This document shows, piece by piece, positions 23,201 through 31,685 of a stretch of 64,000 nucleotides of DNA. The stretch covers positions 16,744 through 80,743 of IMG/VR virus record IMGVR_UViG_3300044712_002699; one strand, given 5' to 3'. Numbering within the stretch: the first letter of the stretch is position 1; each line of letters starts with the position of its first letter. The stretch is from a virus. The notes beneath the pieces were generated by a model, which saw only the letters and a list, made by a program, of their open reading frames with translations, was not told the DNA's origin and did not search any database. Both the position numbers and the translations under genes were made by a program.

Positions 23201-26200
23201 TTCTTCATCGAAGAAACTATTAATAGTGTAACTCATCGCCCCGAGATAGTAAGCATAATAATGTTCGCCTGTATCAGGAGTGTGGGGGTCGAAAACCAGT
23301 CCATCGCTTGCCCTTGTGAGAAACATCTTACCGCGATGGTCTACACTTAAATTTTCCCACTCCTGCTGATCAGCAGATATCCATACAGGATAACTAGAAT
23401 CAGAATACGATTGATAGGAATCTTGGGGAACTGTTAGAGTCCGTTCGTCTCGGTTCAAAAGAATACTTGAGCCACCAGCAGTTAAGGTCAGGTCAAGCCC
23501 AGGTGTTCCTGAGACCGAAAAGGACTGGGCAGTTTCGATAATATCACATGAAATAGCGCGCCCGAGTGAATTTGTGGTAATCTCTACTACGCCATAGTAC
23601 GTGGCGGTAAAGAGATTATTGGTAGCATAATGCTGGAGAGGAAAATAGTTCTGAAGAACTTCTCCAGTCAGATCGTCTCGATGCTTAACAAGGAAGGCTT
23701 TTCCACTGTACCTCGTCAATTCCGTATAGCCAAAAGCCCCCGAAGTCGAAGCCTTAAAAACTTTGTACTGAACAGTCTCCGAGGCTGTGAGAGAAAACAT
23801 TGATGGGTGCATATACCCAGGAGCCAGAGCAAGCCCGCCCAGAACGATCCCTGTCAAAAAATCGTGAAACAACTCTGTAAGATTATTTGTTATACTTCCT
23901 AGGAGGATTCCGTCTCTATCTAAGGCATAAGAAATAGTCCCCAAAAAATCACCCTTTATAACCCGTTCCTCGTCAACAATTTGAAAATGTCGTCTCCAAT
24001 TAGACTCTCCGTACTGAACAGGTATGCCTGACCGGTACTCTTTAAAGGTCATAGCGCCGGGGTCATCAGCGGGACGTATCATAAAAGGAGGCCCGTCAAT
24101 AGAAACGCTCTCAAGTATGTACTGATTACCCACATAGCCCAAGTCGAGTTCGTACCTTCCTCCAGGTCTTCCACAGTACTTCGCTGCTATAGTCTCAGTG
24201 AAGTTCATTTGTGTAAGTATTCGTATATCAAATACTCCACCTTCAATTTCTTTATAATGATAACCCACGGGGGCATAAACATTGAAAGTGATCGATCCCT
24301 GCTCGAAAATTCTCTTATCTGATACAAGATCGTAGTATCTTGGCCCGGGAAATAGTCTTCTATCTCTGCAATGTAATGCCATCCCCTGCAAAATAAGGGA
24401 AGTGGTTCTAAGAGTGACGTGAATATCCCACTCAGTTGGGGATACTTGAGTCGCAGTCATAACCGGATTGTTATCCCACGTTCTCGAGTCCTTGAGACCT
24501 GAAAACTTATAGAGCCAATCGTTTATTGTTTTTGGTTCAATAAAAGGAGTTCCAGCTACTTGACCCTTCCATTTCAGAAATTCATTAACTTTATCGACGG
24601 CTTCGTAGAGTTTTAGACTCAGGGGATATTCGGTAAAACGAAGTATCTTTACTTCTGCTTTCAATAAAAAAGCAACGTCGGTAAGTTCTAATGGATTGGT
24701 GCATACAGCGTAAATCTCATAGTAATCACCTGGCTCTAAATAGACGACGTTGGGGGGAACTTTAAGTTCATACTTCTCAAGGTATCCGGAAACAGGGAAA
24801 TGAAGAGAAGGTAAACCTCCAGGTGGATCTGGTTCTCCATTGAGTCTCAACCCCACGGTACCTGTAAAAGGTCTATCCGCATAAAGGCTATAATATATCT
24901 CATAGTATCCGGCCTGCTTGATACGCATCTTCGAACCATCAAGCTCACAGTAGGCCGAGTTTTCGGTAACAGGTAAATCGAGGTCTAACACTACTCCTGG
25001 GAACACCCTCAAATTTAGAGACGTATCTCTACAAATAGCATCCCCTACTACGGGATTAACCAGCGTCGTCTGTCCGCCCTGTGTAAAAGAGGTAATCCTA
25101 TTATTCTTTAAGTGAACGTCAACATTGAAAATATCCTTAGAAATAGCAGGCGATTCAATGCTTACGCGCTCGCTGCCCCAAAGGTCTACCCAACCATCAG
25201 GACCAGGTGATCCCCCAGGACCTCCTGGTGGAGATTGGTAAGAGTTGTAAGGCACTTCGGCCCAAAAATCTTCCCACGCTCCAGCCCCATCATTGGGGCG
25301 ATCAAAAACGGTTGATCGATGCGTCTGAAGACATTGGTAGACCGTAGTAACCCTTAATACGTACTCGTCCTGTTCGTAGAAAAAGTCATCCTCCCACGGG
25401 TCCGGATCTTCTTTAAGATGTGGCCCCCAGTATCCTTGGTTAGCCTCCATCGAATAGGTAATTTTCCCCATATAGTAGGCCCTAAGTATCCCGTACACGC
25501 TATCGTACGGAAATTCTCTCGGCGGGTCTACAGTATCGGGGGTACCTTCATAGGGCATCAGAAAAATCTGTCCGCGGTAAACCGGGTCGAAGTGTTCCCA
25601 TGTAGGATCATCTAAGGCCATCCAAACTCGATAAACCGGATACTGAGTCGTAGCAAAAGTCAGTTTTTCTAATGTTCCGTTTGCTAAATTTTTCTGGATC
25701 GGAGGTCTCCAAGAACCTGATGGGGACATTCTAGCGAGTCGTTTAACCGGATATTTAAATCCTATCGACTTACGCTTGACCATCTTCAGTGGATTCTTGA
25801 AACTCTCGTTGTCATTCTCAACAACAACTAAATCTCGATAGACCCATTTATGTAACTGCAGGGTATACTTATCCGTCCCTTCAGTGTATTGAGGTTCATT
25901 GTTTGCATTAACGGTTAGGTTGACATCAGACCCATCCGCAATTTCCGTCTCCATAATGTACTCATTACCATCTGTAAGTGTTATAGATGCAATCCCCAGG
26001 AATTTATCGGTAACTAGGGCGTGAGTAGGATCGGTTTCAAAGTCTGTCGCTTGGAGACACTTACGCCCAACCAGAGGTATTGCTTCTGGATCAATGACCT
26101 CTACCAGCGAAAGATTATAAATTCCAGAAGTCAGAGTACGGTATTCACTCCGGAGTTGTATTGTTTTATCCAGAGTAATTACTGGCCTAAATAGGTGAGA

Positions 26201-27250
26201 ATTAAAATGAAGAGGAATATACCGGCACTGTACTTGCTCACCCCCAATCAATCGAGAGGGAACATCTTCATTAGCATAAAACAAAACATATTCATCTCCT
26301 ATCATTCTAGATTGGAGATAAGGTTCACCTTCTATGATAGTCAGACCATAAATATAAAGCCCGGTATTTGGATAACTGTGATTCGTATCTACATCGATAG
26401 TAACCTTTCCTACATAAAAAGCGTCCAGCGTCCTACCGTCTCTCAAATTAATTGGGAACGGATTTCCGCTGCCTGTACTCGACGTCATAAGAATTAAATG
26501 ACCCGACAGACCAGGCCATACCTCTTCCCACTCCGGTTGGCCGGAAGCTATAAAAACATTACAAGTCCCACTGGACGCCGGAGAAACCCCAAAGAAATCC
26601 TTCACCGAGGGCACTAGCGGTAAATTCAGAAGAGGATATCCGAAACGACAAAAGAGATACTCATATGGTATTGAATCTTCTCCAACTTCTACCTGTTCAC
26701 CTTCTTCTCCAATATAGTAGATTCGGTTTCTCGAACAAGCTAGTTTTCCATTGGTTCGGTCACTGTCTATATAAGAGGTATAGTCGTAACGAGAACCAAC
26801 TAAATAACCAATAGTTGAAATAGAACCTAAATAACGACAAGAAATAGTTTTACCACTAACTAAAGGGATCTCCTTAATAACTTCTACCTGCTCTGAATCA
26901 GGCTCCATATTATCACTAAGAAAAAGGTTTAGCCGATAATAGCCCCACGCCTGATCCCCCGATGCAACGTAGACGTGATAGGTTCCTTGTTTATATTCAA
27001 CAGGTACTAAGGCAAATTTAGACCCCACAGCAGTAAGATGAAGGATGGGTTTTCCTGAGTCACGGTTAGTGACATAACCCGCAGCCATCGGACTAGTTCC
27101 CAAATAAACGTTAGGATCGCTCTGATCACTAAGTATAAGTCCCTGAGGATCTTTTTGATCCATATTAATTCGCGGGTCTCTAGTGTCTAGGAGCTGGATG
27201 TCCGGTACGTGCGTATATTCGTCAAGGATTTCGAATTCAGTTTTAGCCAT
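14261..27250 (-). CDS. Giant multidomain putative virion/adhesion protein (4329 aa) with two repeat families, a discoidin (F5/8 type C)-like domain and a CBM5/12-like motif
   Basis: About nine YxVY...W...G.LFL repeats and ten VTF...W[ST]DW repeats. WTKIDLGSGN...FAIQGSNDNSNW...YRYYRF is discoidin-like; YQCLQTHRS...W is CBM-like. GAGGAG RBS. Confidence 0.8.
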   Translation of the reverse strand: MAKTEFEILDEYTHVPDIQLLDTRDPRINMDQKDPQGLILSDQSDPNVYLGTSPMAAGYVTNRDSGKPILHLTAVGSKFALVPVEYKQGTYHVYVASGDQAWGYYRLNLFLSDNMEPDSEQVEVIKEIPLVSGKTISCRYLGSISTIGYLVGSRYDYTSYIDSDRTNGKLACSRNRIYYIGEEGEQVEVGEDSIPYEYLFCRFGYPLLNLPLVPSVKDFFGVSPASSGTCNVFIASGQPEWEEVWPGLSGHLILMTSSTGSGNPFPINLRDGRTLDAFYVGKVTIDVDTNHSYPNTGLYIYGLTIIEGEPYLQSRMIGDEYVLFYANEDVPSRLIGGEQVQCRYIPLHFNSHLFRPVITLDKTIQLRSEYRTLTSGIYNLSLVEVIDPEAIPLVGRKCLQATDFETDPTHALVTDKFLGIASITLTDGNEYIMETEIADGSDVNLTVNANNEPQYTEGTDKYTLQLHKWVYRDLVVVENDNESFKNPLKMVKRKSIGFKYPVKRLARMSPSGSWRPPIQKNLANGTLEKLTFATTQYPVYRVWMALDDPTWEHFDPVYRGQIFLMPYEGTPDTVDPPREFPYDSVYGILRAYYMGKITYSMEANQGYWGPHLKEDPDPWEDDFFYEQDEYVLRVTTVYQCLQTHRSTVFDRPNDGAGAWEDFWAEVPYNSYQSPPGGPGGSPGPDGWVDLWGSERVSIESPAISKDIFNVDVHLKNNRITSFTQGGQTTLVNPVVGDAICRDTSLNLRVFPGVVLDLDLPVTENSAYCELDGSKMRIKQAGYYEIYYSLYADRPFTGTVGLRLNGEPDPPGGLPSLHFPVSGYLEKYELKVPPNVVYLEPGDYYEIYAVCTNPLELTDVAFLLKAEVKILRFTEYPLSLKLYEAVDKVNEFLKWKGQVAGTPFIEPKTINDWLYKFSGLKDSRTWDNNPVMTATQVSPTEWDIHVTLRTTSLILQGMALHCRDRRLFPGPRYYDLVSDKRIFEQGSITFNVYAPVGYHYKEIEGGVFDIRILTQMNFTETIAAKYCGRPGGRYELDLGYVGNQYILESVSIDGPPFMIRPADDPGAMTFKEYRSGIPVQYGESNWRRHFQIVDEERVIKGDFLGTISYALDRDGILLGSITNNLTELFHDFLTGIVLGGLALAPGYMHPSMFSLTASETVQYKVFKASTSGAFGYTELTRYSGKAFLVKHRDDLTGEVLQNYFPLQHYATNNLFTATYYGVVEITTNSLGRAISCDIIETAQSFSVSGTPGLDLTLTAGGSSILLNRDERTLTVPQDSYQSYSDSSYPVWISADQQEWENLSVDHRGKMFLTRASDGLVFDPHTPDTGEHYYAYYLGAMSYTINSFFDEEEQRYRYYPTEGVIIDRVDAGMDYYGGGSNPAYVNSQNPYKFIGPYRTKVANLDLISSRRFYTNVKKTIRYYKNTLLGVSLFDRGQRELWDIWVTPSLYGWEQAESYYNLSSSGGLFLTRASENFSFPISVDSENSVDAIKLGQAWIKFSRIQDTINYAMPTYQISEIEILEPYTKGLATHPVTNELYFSDPDLGIMEIGGSVIDVSYLTLNVPKTYQLPPIISYRGDTLSLSLPAEPKSGTYNVYLTGNEPEWEDQVLIGSQNSLILSSIEPDPGTDVITATVIGSRISSIPAVKLDNDLTYSKITGNSFRLWVTPSQDCDQIRFKFKSLNTSEPLVITRAYFGMANQGVLDEYDDIGPHFVNPPSKVPVTFNNGQPYLNLPPLSTIWSDWVSFSMTKGVRYIISWGGPTAGNTVVLNDSYKKNQLGAADYTYGFDYIYDLCDVSQIEVTPSSGVVDVREQVIISREAYGDICIKAFKTASNSATKIRFRFSTNITDVQSVRIKSAKFGLQSNIAFVFDPSLDPIPLTFAGYPSIDIDTYMQEFWSDWIDFDFSEQPPDSIYLLWWDGSLNNNFGSDLEIAYGREALDAEEDYSWNLVSSTTALDVSQIETSLDGEVTNNFARPVTGTGQAAATRRRVLYFDGSFSRVRFKVSAPPDIVSLICISEVYFGKQDSLASDPYCFASSPQKQPVTFNSSQRLIFLSDQDTEIWSDWINFDISSGNYVLSWDESSGDAYTNVETASVGSGYKSVSSSNSHMEEPPTDFTSLGIDWSAPLSSVEVDYDGSGIKRLHTFPITTGEGASERKKYHVRFVITDKYMGNGHIRLKLVNPEDATDDLTIQAMTVGITNGNLSTIFAGSIIPVTFNSGSAGVTLSPGESLWSDWVSITELSSDYGDPYLLIAIDTYEPLHGVATPYVYYTSGSGYANVDVPSFSYGSDTAWMDIIGIDLSSSAGGSGTVETIYQVNNDLSSGFPTYSYNFRAPWVAPRDAMGVRVRFGKDSASPMLLTSCYFGEVAPGTNYHFASTPSKIQLTFSGSSGKQLIGDLRSSWTDWGTFSIQKGKTYMVSYEGGYLGHRSSIAGGVYRYAFKKSGVWGVDSAEFPGGDYDNFYNLPVVGGFEYSDNQDLVGRINVGMYANSSPSPAVVSQSDGSNYAYRVYDDNTTTSNPISGSAPYWTKIDLGSGNARVVTKIRYMIGGSYYAPRDFAIQGSNDNSNWVNLYSTTYFNPSLGNYPEFAVLTFNNTTAYRYYRFYASARWYSYSISFNEFQLFETSSSTLPDRLSTLFISKDIVSRNTEFRIVIRPREAASRIRFLFSCPTSSVTDFSLSQCYFGQLSGSYAFAPDPLKSQVTFSSNEGLQISPGSSVWSDWVDFDISEDIEYLLAFDGSAVDFGFSSDFLTTFFESNSNQASEDVPRLSESSYTYSTFSEVEAFDGTDTASCHYDTLTASSASACHVRQVVSFVKDSDRVRFKFSLPCGSTKGYAIINQAYFGQRNYNYVFYTGKLPLTFSGGSQYVLDASVGKTEVWTDWLDYSVNTSYDYLISWDGYGLLNKDDVGEAYRNSSGNTTKKLDVSEIQVEESSQARTVFRANIVNSEFNSSEPVLIRRALNMYSSFSRIRFQFSVPPGSIVPANIYNCFFGVAEYSWSHNFTSTPGLVRRVTFSGQSSVVIDPRTTTTVWSDWISYAFPGPDTGWAYKTYLLSWDGYGIGNFCPEPRVFYFGSAANAATDEPSESFDTYTYGDVVSIESKKGGSVVTEFSRQIYTPSTNKTISCVQNIFTREEFKVVRFKFTIPPLAQEPLLISEVWVGEWGAFNTPPIEDPVVAQITFNEGQDTSLFLDLGSESVWSDWVTIPTEEAMSRLQLYTEGLSIGNRGSKEATYYKGGASEAHLDSVSGYGLYSPSASADITRIEVKDILEEEESTLTSADSINGWDSVSGTFRRFVDFTTSGNYIRFRFSRPYQDQDFSLNQAHFGYRDQDTYGFLTSPPKIRVTFGGVSGFTMSGTEIDVWSDWMRYDILQGHKYLLTWDGSAVGYLTAVPSARIGGVNRANIIDITEFDIKGIEYYEREVTSKLVGVVEVQMKEVNLGKSPLINVQRTETANSIVVGSPEDTSLGTLVTSEGVPFCLPQYLTDSVEETQYSSDTFNPLQVVEFDRWNKAAFAKQVDMKDGVYYIYQMADENFFYNITTETSDAGSEYDATNIVGYDGRIFLSQAEPDQYGYIYLTAPEATSFSWWNYPQLCSAFKIGTCKVGESVAASWITSKAELMPEIFIDPTVSQDEDATIGIYPDLDRTVPGGHYSLSDIRDWEIVVRNLTKHRIVLGYVGQLSSLRRQKMEQFGFSFLTLSDVPTHSWTSPVVVEGLSKEFYLVDNFTFYIIFVTEDGDLLLRGPGPKEVSGTCVDSSIKSLRSGVGKFRNPLRLIGGYPEVTKIDPGLAYYLYLAPSDPSWQDFSGQLFLSSESPSLFEGEYVLDSSITLAKALCIGRVSTTKELTLTSNYGNYIFDVFPGSDIQLKVGESSEDLYWEERLPQFEHHCLSDGAAVYSGSSPYNEYGDRVNPLLVGKVLLLFEDKPLALSLPGYETHFPAAERVDAGIYYIYRTVPDVRWMSFSDAAFLSMSPPDKSGEKSWSGFFETTEVRSWCVGKVILRYGPSQSLEQVYPGAAQILEGSDYLRIVSDNSLRYVDEDNWKKTIRATEVVLLGMSWSYSDGNGKPLFFDPLTSQISVVDEFLEGIYNVYVSSMELGWEDLSLDYIGSLFLCQAEPNTVGDILTSYIGSEQVQAWKVGRVQVTYFRASESQPESKFSGFGSTVVSGTNPIATETVVPDSGIRSFFSGGEVYIGAVMLPIYAEGKPIYLELQFILPPDLNNKDCVIQITSWCLDYTIDLDEYFVSGQPPPVIDNASFLLTQEIGLDDLMNSRIKMFKVTDNSGRIGQRQVNLGDSIIAKVVVKSNAVVSNKTLQIVPEPVISSLTFLFHPVESEEQG
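17030..22300 (-). repeat. Block of ten ~150 aa tandem protein domains (R[IV]RF.F...YFG...[VL]TF.G...W[ST]DW..F...Y..[SW]WDG)
   Basis: Ten W[ST]DW motifs counted in the translation. Boundaries are approximate. Confidence 0.8.
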
Positions 27251-27273
27251 ATCTCCTCACTAATGCAATGAGG

Positions 27274-27774
27274 TTATTTAGAGGTATCTCGGACTTGAAT
27301 AAGGCTCTTCTTATTTTTAGGCTGGAGTTTTGAGAGACCGGGTCTCATCGACCTCATCTGGTTAATCTTGTCTCGCGGAGTTTTGGCACCTGCAACTCCT
27401 AAATCTATATCACCACTGAACCAATTTCGGTTATGATAATCTTGAGATTCCTTTCCGCCCACCTGGGTCGCTTGACCGGTACCTGTTGAGGAACCAATGG
27501 CATAGGCTTCTATCTCCTCTTTTTTGTAAGGCGTCTCCATGTCAACTATGGCCGTCTTTTCAATGGGAAAGTTATACCTCTTCGACGGATCATCGGGATC
27601 ACGGCAAAGAATCGTTTTCTGCCCCACACTTAAAATTTCATAATATTTAGGATCATCTTGTAGAATATCACAAGTAATATATCTACCTTGGACGTAACCG
27701 CTCATGTCCATCGGGTTATCCACTATTCCGATAACGGTTTCACACAACTCTATAACATCTTTGGCTCTGAGCAT
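27274..27774 (-). CDS. Hypothetical protein with the shared N-terminal leader
   Basis: 166 aa, starts MLRAKDVIELCE. Confidence 0.7.
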   Translation of the reverse strand: MLRAKDVIELCETVIGIVDNPMDMSGYVQGRYITCDILQDDPKYYEILSVGQKTILCRDPDDPSKRYNFPIEKTAIVDMETPYKKEEIEAYAIGSSTGTGQATQVGGKESQDYHNRNWFSGDIDLGVAGAKTPRDKINQMRSMRPGLSKLQPKNKKSLIQVRDTSK

Positions 27775-27795
27775 TTTCGCCTCGAGAAGTTAAAA

Positions 27796-28881
27796 CTACC
27801 TGTAGAGGAAAGACGCGGACTGAATGATTTTTTCTTCGCTGCTGCGTCTGCCTGGTACCAATATGAGATCATCATATCTACCATAATGAACCGATGCGTG
27901 ACAGTTCCTACAAAGGAGTGCGCACTTATCAAGTTCAGGCTGTATGATGGTTTCCCAGTCTTTACCCCTAAGTTTTCCAATATTATATGTCTTGGAGAAA
28001 GAGTCTATGTGGTGAAAATCATACTTAGCGAAATCATTGGTTACAAGACCACAAATTTGACAACCATTTCCTATGTATTCGACACAGAGTCTTTTGTACA
28101 TATTTGCTCTATCATCATATCTTTGTTTCCATTGGCGGTCTTCGGTAGGTTTTAATCGAGCAATTTGGCTGGTCAAAGAACTGTGACAGGAGGCGCAGAC
28201 AAGAATGCACTTTCGAAGTTCTGGAACGATTATTGTGTCCCAATCTTTATAACGCATTCCGGCAATGCCGTATTCTTTTTCTTCTGGATTTAAGTGGTGA
28301 CAGTCATAAACTTCATACCACTCTGTTTTTAAGCCACAAACTTCACACTTGCCTCCTTTATGCAGAACTACTTTCTTCTTAAATTCGGCTATTGCGAGTT
28401 TGGTACCTGCGCCGTAACATGTTTTACATGTATTAGTTCTGCCGTCTTTGTGCCCGACGTGTTTGCGAAACTCCTCTACGGGTTTTTCCAATCCACACTT
28501 TTTACACCTTTTCTTCCCATTAACTATCTTTGCCAAACAGTTTCGCCTAGCCGGATCCGGATGTCTTCCTTTAATACTGACACAGACTTTACATCTATTT
28601 TTCCGTTCGCCAGTTCCCGTTGTACTCCTGTGAAATTCCTCTAGTGGTTTTTCCAACCCGCAATCCTTACACTTCTTCTTTCCATTTATTACCTCTGCCC
28701 GGTAATTTCTCCTAGATGGATGAGAAATCTCATAATACCTAGATATCGACTTATTACGGCGACATGCTTTACACTCGTTTACCCATCCATCCTTACACCC
28801 TAATTGTTTATAGAACTCACCCAAGACTTTTTCTTTACCACAGTTACAACAAACTTTACTGTTTAAGTGTTCCATATCCAT
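27796..28881 (-). CDS. HNH-type homing endonuclease with three N-terminal CxxC zinc-finger repeats and two tandem HNH-like modules
   Basis: K.C..CG.EK...EF...C..C three times, then CEVCG...DCHHLNPEEK...KCILVCASCH and CQICG...DFHHID...KCALLCRNCH. Confidence 0.8.
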   Translation of the reverse strand: MDMEHLNSKVCCNCGKEKVLGEFYKQLGCKDGWVNECKACRRNKSISRYYEISHPSRRNYRAEVINGKKKCKDCGLEKPLEEFHRSTTGTGERKNRCKVCVSIKGRHPDPARRNCLAKIVNGKKRCKKCGLEKPVEEFRKHVGHKDGRTNTCKTCYGAGTKLAIAEFKKKVVLHKGGKCEVCGLKTEWYEVYDCHHLNPEEKEYGIAGMRYKDWDTIIVPELRKCILVCASCHSSLTSQIARLKPTEDRQWKQRYDDRANMYKRLCVEYIGNGCQICGLVTNDFAKYDFHHIDSFSKTYNIGKLRGKDWETIIQPELDKCALLCRNCHASVHYGRYDDLILVPGRRSSEEKIIQSASFLYR

Positions 28882-28943
28882 GACCTTATCTTAAAGAATT
28901 TAATGAAAGACACTTTCTATCTTAAACTTTCAAAAAATTTTTC

Positions 28944-28972
28944 TTGACAAGCGTTATATCTTGTGATATTAT
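28944..28972 (+). promoter_or_regulatory. Sigma70-like promoter upstream of the ligase
   Basis: TTGACA (28944-49), 17 bp spacer, TGn extension, TATTAT (28967-72). Confidence 0.75.
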
Positions 28973-29001
28973 ATAATACAGATAATACTGAGGAGATTGC
29001 A

Positions 29002-30795
29002 ATGCTGACTAAAGAACAGCTCGATAAAGCAAGTCCAGTACAGTTGGATACCTTCATCCGAAAGTGCTCAAAATCTTACTATGAGGGGAACCCGATTGTC
29101 CCAGACGATATCTTCGACTACGCGCTCGATCTCATAAAGGTAAAAGATCCCTCATCACCTCTTCCGTACTCTATTGGACATGGTTATGTAGTAGACGGAA
29201 CTCTAACCTTGCCTCACAAAGTTGCTACAAGCAGTCTTCCAAAAATACACAGTCTCGGAAAGGTTTCTAGTGATGCTTATGCTACCCCAAAGTTCGACGG
29301 CATGTCTTTTGTGGCTTATTACAATAAAGGCGAAATAGAGAACATTCTAACAAGAGGAGGTGACGAGGCAGCAGGTGAACCTATTTACAACCTTGCATAC
29401 TTCTTCAAACAAAATGGACTGGACAAGATGCCCCCTGAAGTCTTTGCAATCTCAGGTGAAGTTGTGGTCAGGGTCAGCATCTTCCTCAAGAAAATGGACC
29501 AAGAAGTCGGCGGACCTTACGCCAACCCAAGAAGCGCAGCAACTGGTATAGCGCGCTCCAAGTTCCTTCATGAGTTCTATCAAGACTTGGAAGCCAAACC
29601 GTTTCGTATTCACTTCACTGACGGAACTCATGTCAGTATCAAAGATTCGACTTCAAAAGACCTTTTCTTCAAATACTGCAAGATTGATGTTCCATATATC
29701 CCCCTCGAAGGTGAAACCCTGCAAACTCTCCACGATTGGGTTCGCAAATTCGATTACTACACCGACGGTGTCGTCCTAGAAGACCGGGAAGCCTTAAAGT
29801 TCCCTACCGAGTACAAGAAAACGACGATCAAACGGATCGTTTGGAATACCCCCAAGTCAGGTAACCTCATCCCCGTGGCCCACTTTGAAACGGTTCACCT
29901 TTATGGAACCAAAGTTTCTAAATGTACGCTCACTGCGGGTTCCTGGGTTATAGAACATAAACTGGGGGCCGGTGCGATTATCACAGTCACTAAGGCAAAT
30001 GAAATAATCCCCGAGTTCGGCGAGGCTATCGAACCGCTAGAGCGCGGTGAGATTCCAACTGAGTGTCCGGCATGCGGGGGGCCTGTAAGGTGGGGCGTAA
30101 ATGATTGGGACAAACTCCACCTTACCTGCAAAAACAGGTGTATGGTCGAGAAATTCCGAATTTTCACATTCGTCTTCTGCCATGCCGAACTCAAGGGTTA
30201 TAGAAACTCAACACTCGTAAAAATCCTGGACGAGAACGACATCAAGACCTTTGATGATTTCTTGGAAAAAGCCGGAAGTCTAGTCTCTGTCAATCTGACA
30301 GACCACGAAAAAAAATTTCTCGATTACATCAATACCCAGTTTCAGGGAACACTATCTCTTGAAAAGTTCCTGGACTCCCTCAACATCCAAGGTATAGGGC
30401 CAGAGTGGTCGGCGAAGCTGGCTCCATTTATAATTCCCTACCTCCACGGCGGCGGATTATTTCCCTTCAATGTATCATCAAACGTCCAACAGGTTATAGA
30501 CGAAAATAGAGATCTCATCTTGAAAACCTATAATCTCTTTAAGTGGGTTGTTGATGACGGCAACGGTAAGAAAAAGACCCCAGTAACGATTACAGGGGCG
30601 TTAACCCTTCCAAAGGCTGAGTTCTGTCAGAAATATGACCTCGTCCAAGTAAGTATTGGTAAAGCAGAACTCCTCATTACTGCTGACAAATCCAGCACTT
30701 CAAACAAGACAAAGGATGCTATCAAGCGCGGTATCCAGATTATGACTGAAAGGGAGTTTTTGGCTTCTAGGAATGTAAAAATAGATAATCCCTAA
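29002..30795 (+). CDS. ligA: NAD-dependent DNA ligase (compact phage type with C-terminal BRCT)
   Basis: YYEGNPIVPDDIFD (domain Ia), PKFDG adenylation motif, TRG, GE, NPR, DGVV, OB fold (KANEIIP), CPAC zinc finger, BRCT (ITG...KAIKRGIQIMTEREF). ATG 29002 follows a GAGGAG RBS. Confidence 0.92.
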   Translation: MLTKEQLDKASPVQLDTFIRKCSKSYYEGNPIVPDDIFDYALDLIKVKDPSSPLPYSIGHGYVVDGTLTLPHKVATSSLPKIHSLGKVSSDAYATPKFDGMSFVAYYNKGEIENILTRGGDEAAGEPIYNLAYFFKQNGLDKMPPEVFAISGEVVVRVSIFLKKMDQEVGGPYANPRSAATGIARSKFLHEFYQDLEAKPFRIHFTDGTHVSIKDSTSKDLFFKYCKIDVPYIPLEGETLQTLHDWVRKFDYYTDGVVLEDREALKFPTEYKKTTIKRIVWNTPKSGNLIPVAHFETVHLYGTKVSKCTLTAGSWVIEHKLGAGAIITVTKANEIIPEFGEAIEPLERGEIPTECPACGGPVRWGVNDWDKLHLTCKNRCMVEKFRIFTFVFCHAELKGYRNSTLVKILDENDIKTFDDFLEKAGSLVSVNLTDHEKKFLDYINTQFQGTLSLEKFLDSLNIQGIGPEWSAKLAPFIIPYLHGGGLFPFNVSSNVQQVIDENRDLILKTYNLFKWVVDDGNGKKKTPVTITGALTLPKAEFCQKYDLVQVSIGKAELLITADKSSTSNKTKDAIKRGIQIMTEREFLASRNVKIDNP

Positions 30796-30848
30796 TGACT
30801 TTTTGACACGGATGCCTATATTAGTAATAAACTGCAATGGAGGCATCC

Positions 30849-31040
30849 GTGTCAAAGAAGTACAAACCTGACCCCGCTCAAAAAGAACTCTACAATACCG
30901 TTGAAGCCTGCTACGAGATGCTGACTTCACACGATACTCAAAGACTAGCAAACCACAAACTAAATGAACTTGTTGAAGAACATGGAAAAGAAACGATTGT
31001 AGCCCTAATGGAGAGGGTAAGAGATAAGAAGAAGAGATGA
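30849..31040 (+). CDS. Small hypothetical protein
   Basis: GGAGG RBS then GTG. Ends inside a hairpin terminator. Confidence 0.55.
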   Translation: MSKKYKPDPAQKELYNTVEACYEMLTSHDTQRLANHKLNELVEEHGKETIVALMERVRDKKKR

Positions 31041-31065
31041 GAGAAGGCAAATCGCCTTCTCTCAT
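31037..31065. terminator. Probable bidirectional terminator hairpin between convergent genes
   Basis: ATGAGAGAAGGC-AAATC-GCCTTCTCTCAT, a perfect 12 bp stem. Confidence 0.75.
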
Positions 31066-31070
31066 TATTG

Positions 31071-31652
31071 TCACAACACCGCTGAAGAATAGCGTGTTTC
31101 TTGAAAGGCATCGTCGAGATCGAATGGTAAACCGCAATCCTCTTGAGGCTCCTCTAATTGAACTCTTGAGGGTAGCGGTTTTTGTTTTGGCTTTTTCCGC
31201 TTAACCCACGAACTGAGCGCTGTATCAAGAGCGTCTACGAGTGAAATGTCCTCTGACGCGGATCGCCGTTTAACACTCTCCAAGAGACCCTTATCAACTG
31301 ATACGAAAATTAAAGTATCGGATTTACCTCGCCTCAAGGATTCAGCCATCTTTTCAATGAATCCGCGGATAATTGCTTCTTCCGTGTAAAGATTCTGCTT
31401 CGGTCTGTTTTGATCCGATACATCCATGAGCCAGCCCCGGTTGCTTGATATATACTTACCGAGGCTTTTTGCCGTCCACTCTTTTCCCTTCGGGGCTGTC
31501 ACTTTTCTCTCATTGAGACGATTTGCTGCTTCAAGAATAGGGAATCTTGAACTTGAACACTCAATTAGGGCTTCCCTAATAAATGAAATCAGTCGCTCCT
31601 TTTCTTCGGAAAGTGAAACAGTTAAGGGAATGCTTTTTTCTACTGCATTCAT
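31071..31652 (-). CDS. Putative DNA-binding protein: recombinase-type helical motif plus C-terminal ribbon-helix-helix-like domain
   Basis: AANRLNERKVTAPKGKEWTAKSL and VSVDKGLLESVKRRSASEDISLVDALDTAL. Start MNAVEK at 31652 with GAGGAA RBS. Confidence 0.6.
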   Translation of the reverse strand: MNAVEKSIPLTVSLSEEKERLISFIREALIECSSSRFPILEAANRLNERKVTAPKGKEWTAKSLGKYISSNRGWLMDVSDQNRPKQNLYTEEAIIRGFIEKMAESLRRGKSDTLIFVSVDKGLLESVKRRSASEDISLVDALDTALSSWVKRKKPKQKPLPSRVQLEEPQEDCGLPFDLDDAFQETRYSSAVL

Positions 31653-31685
31653 TGGTTTCCTCTCGACAAGATTCATGATGAATAC

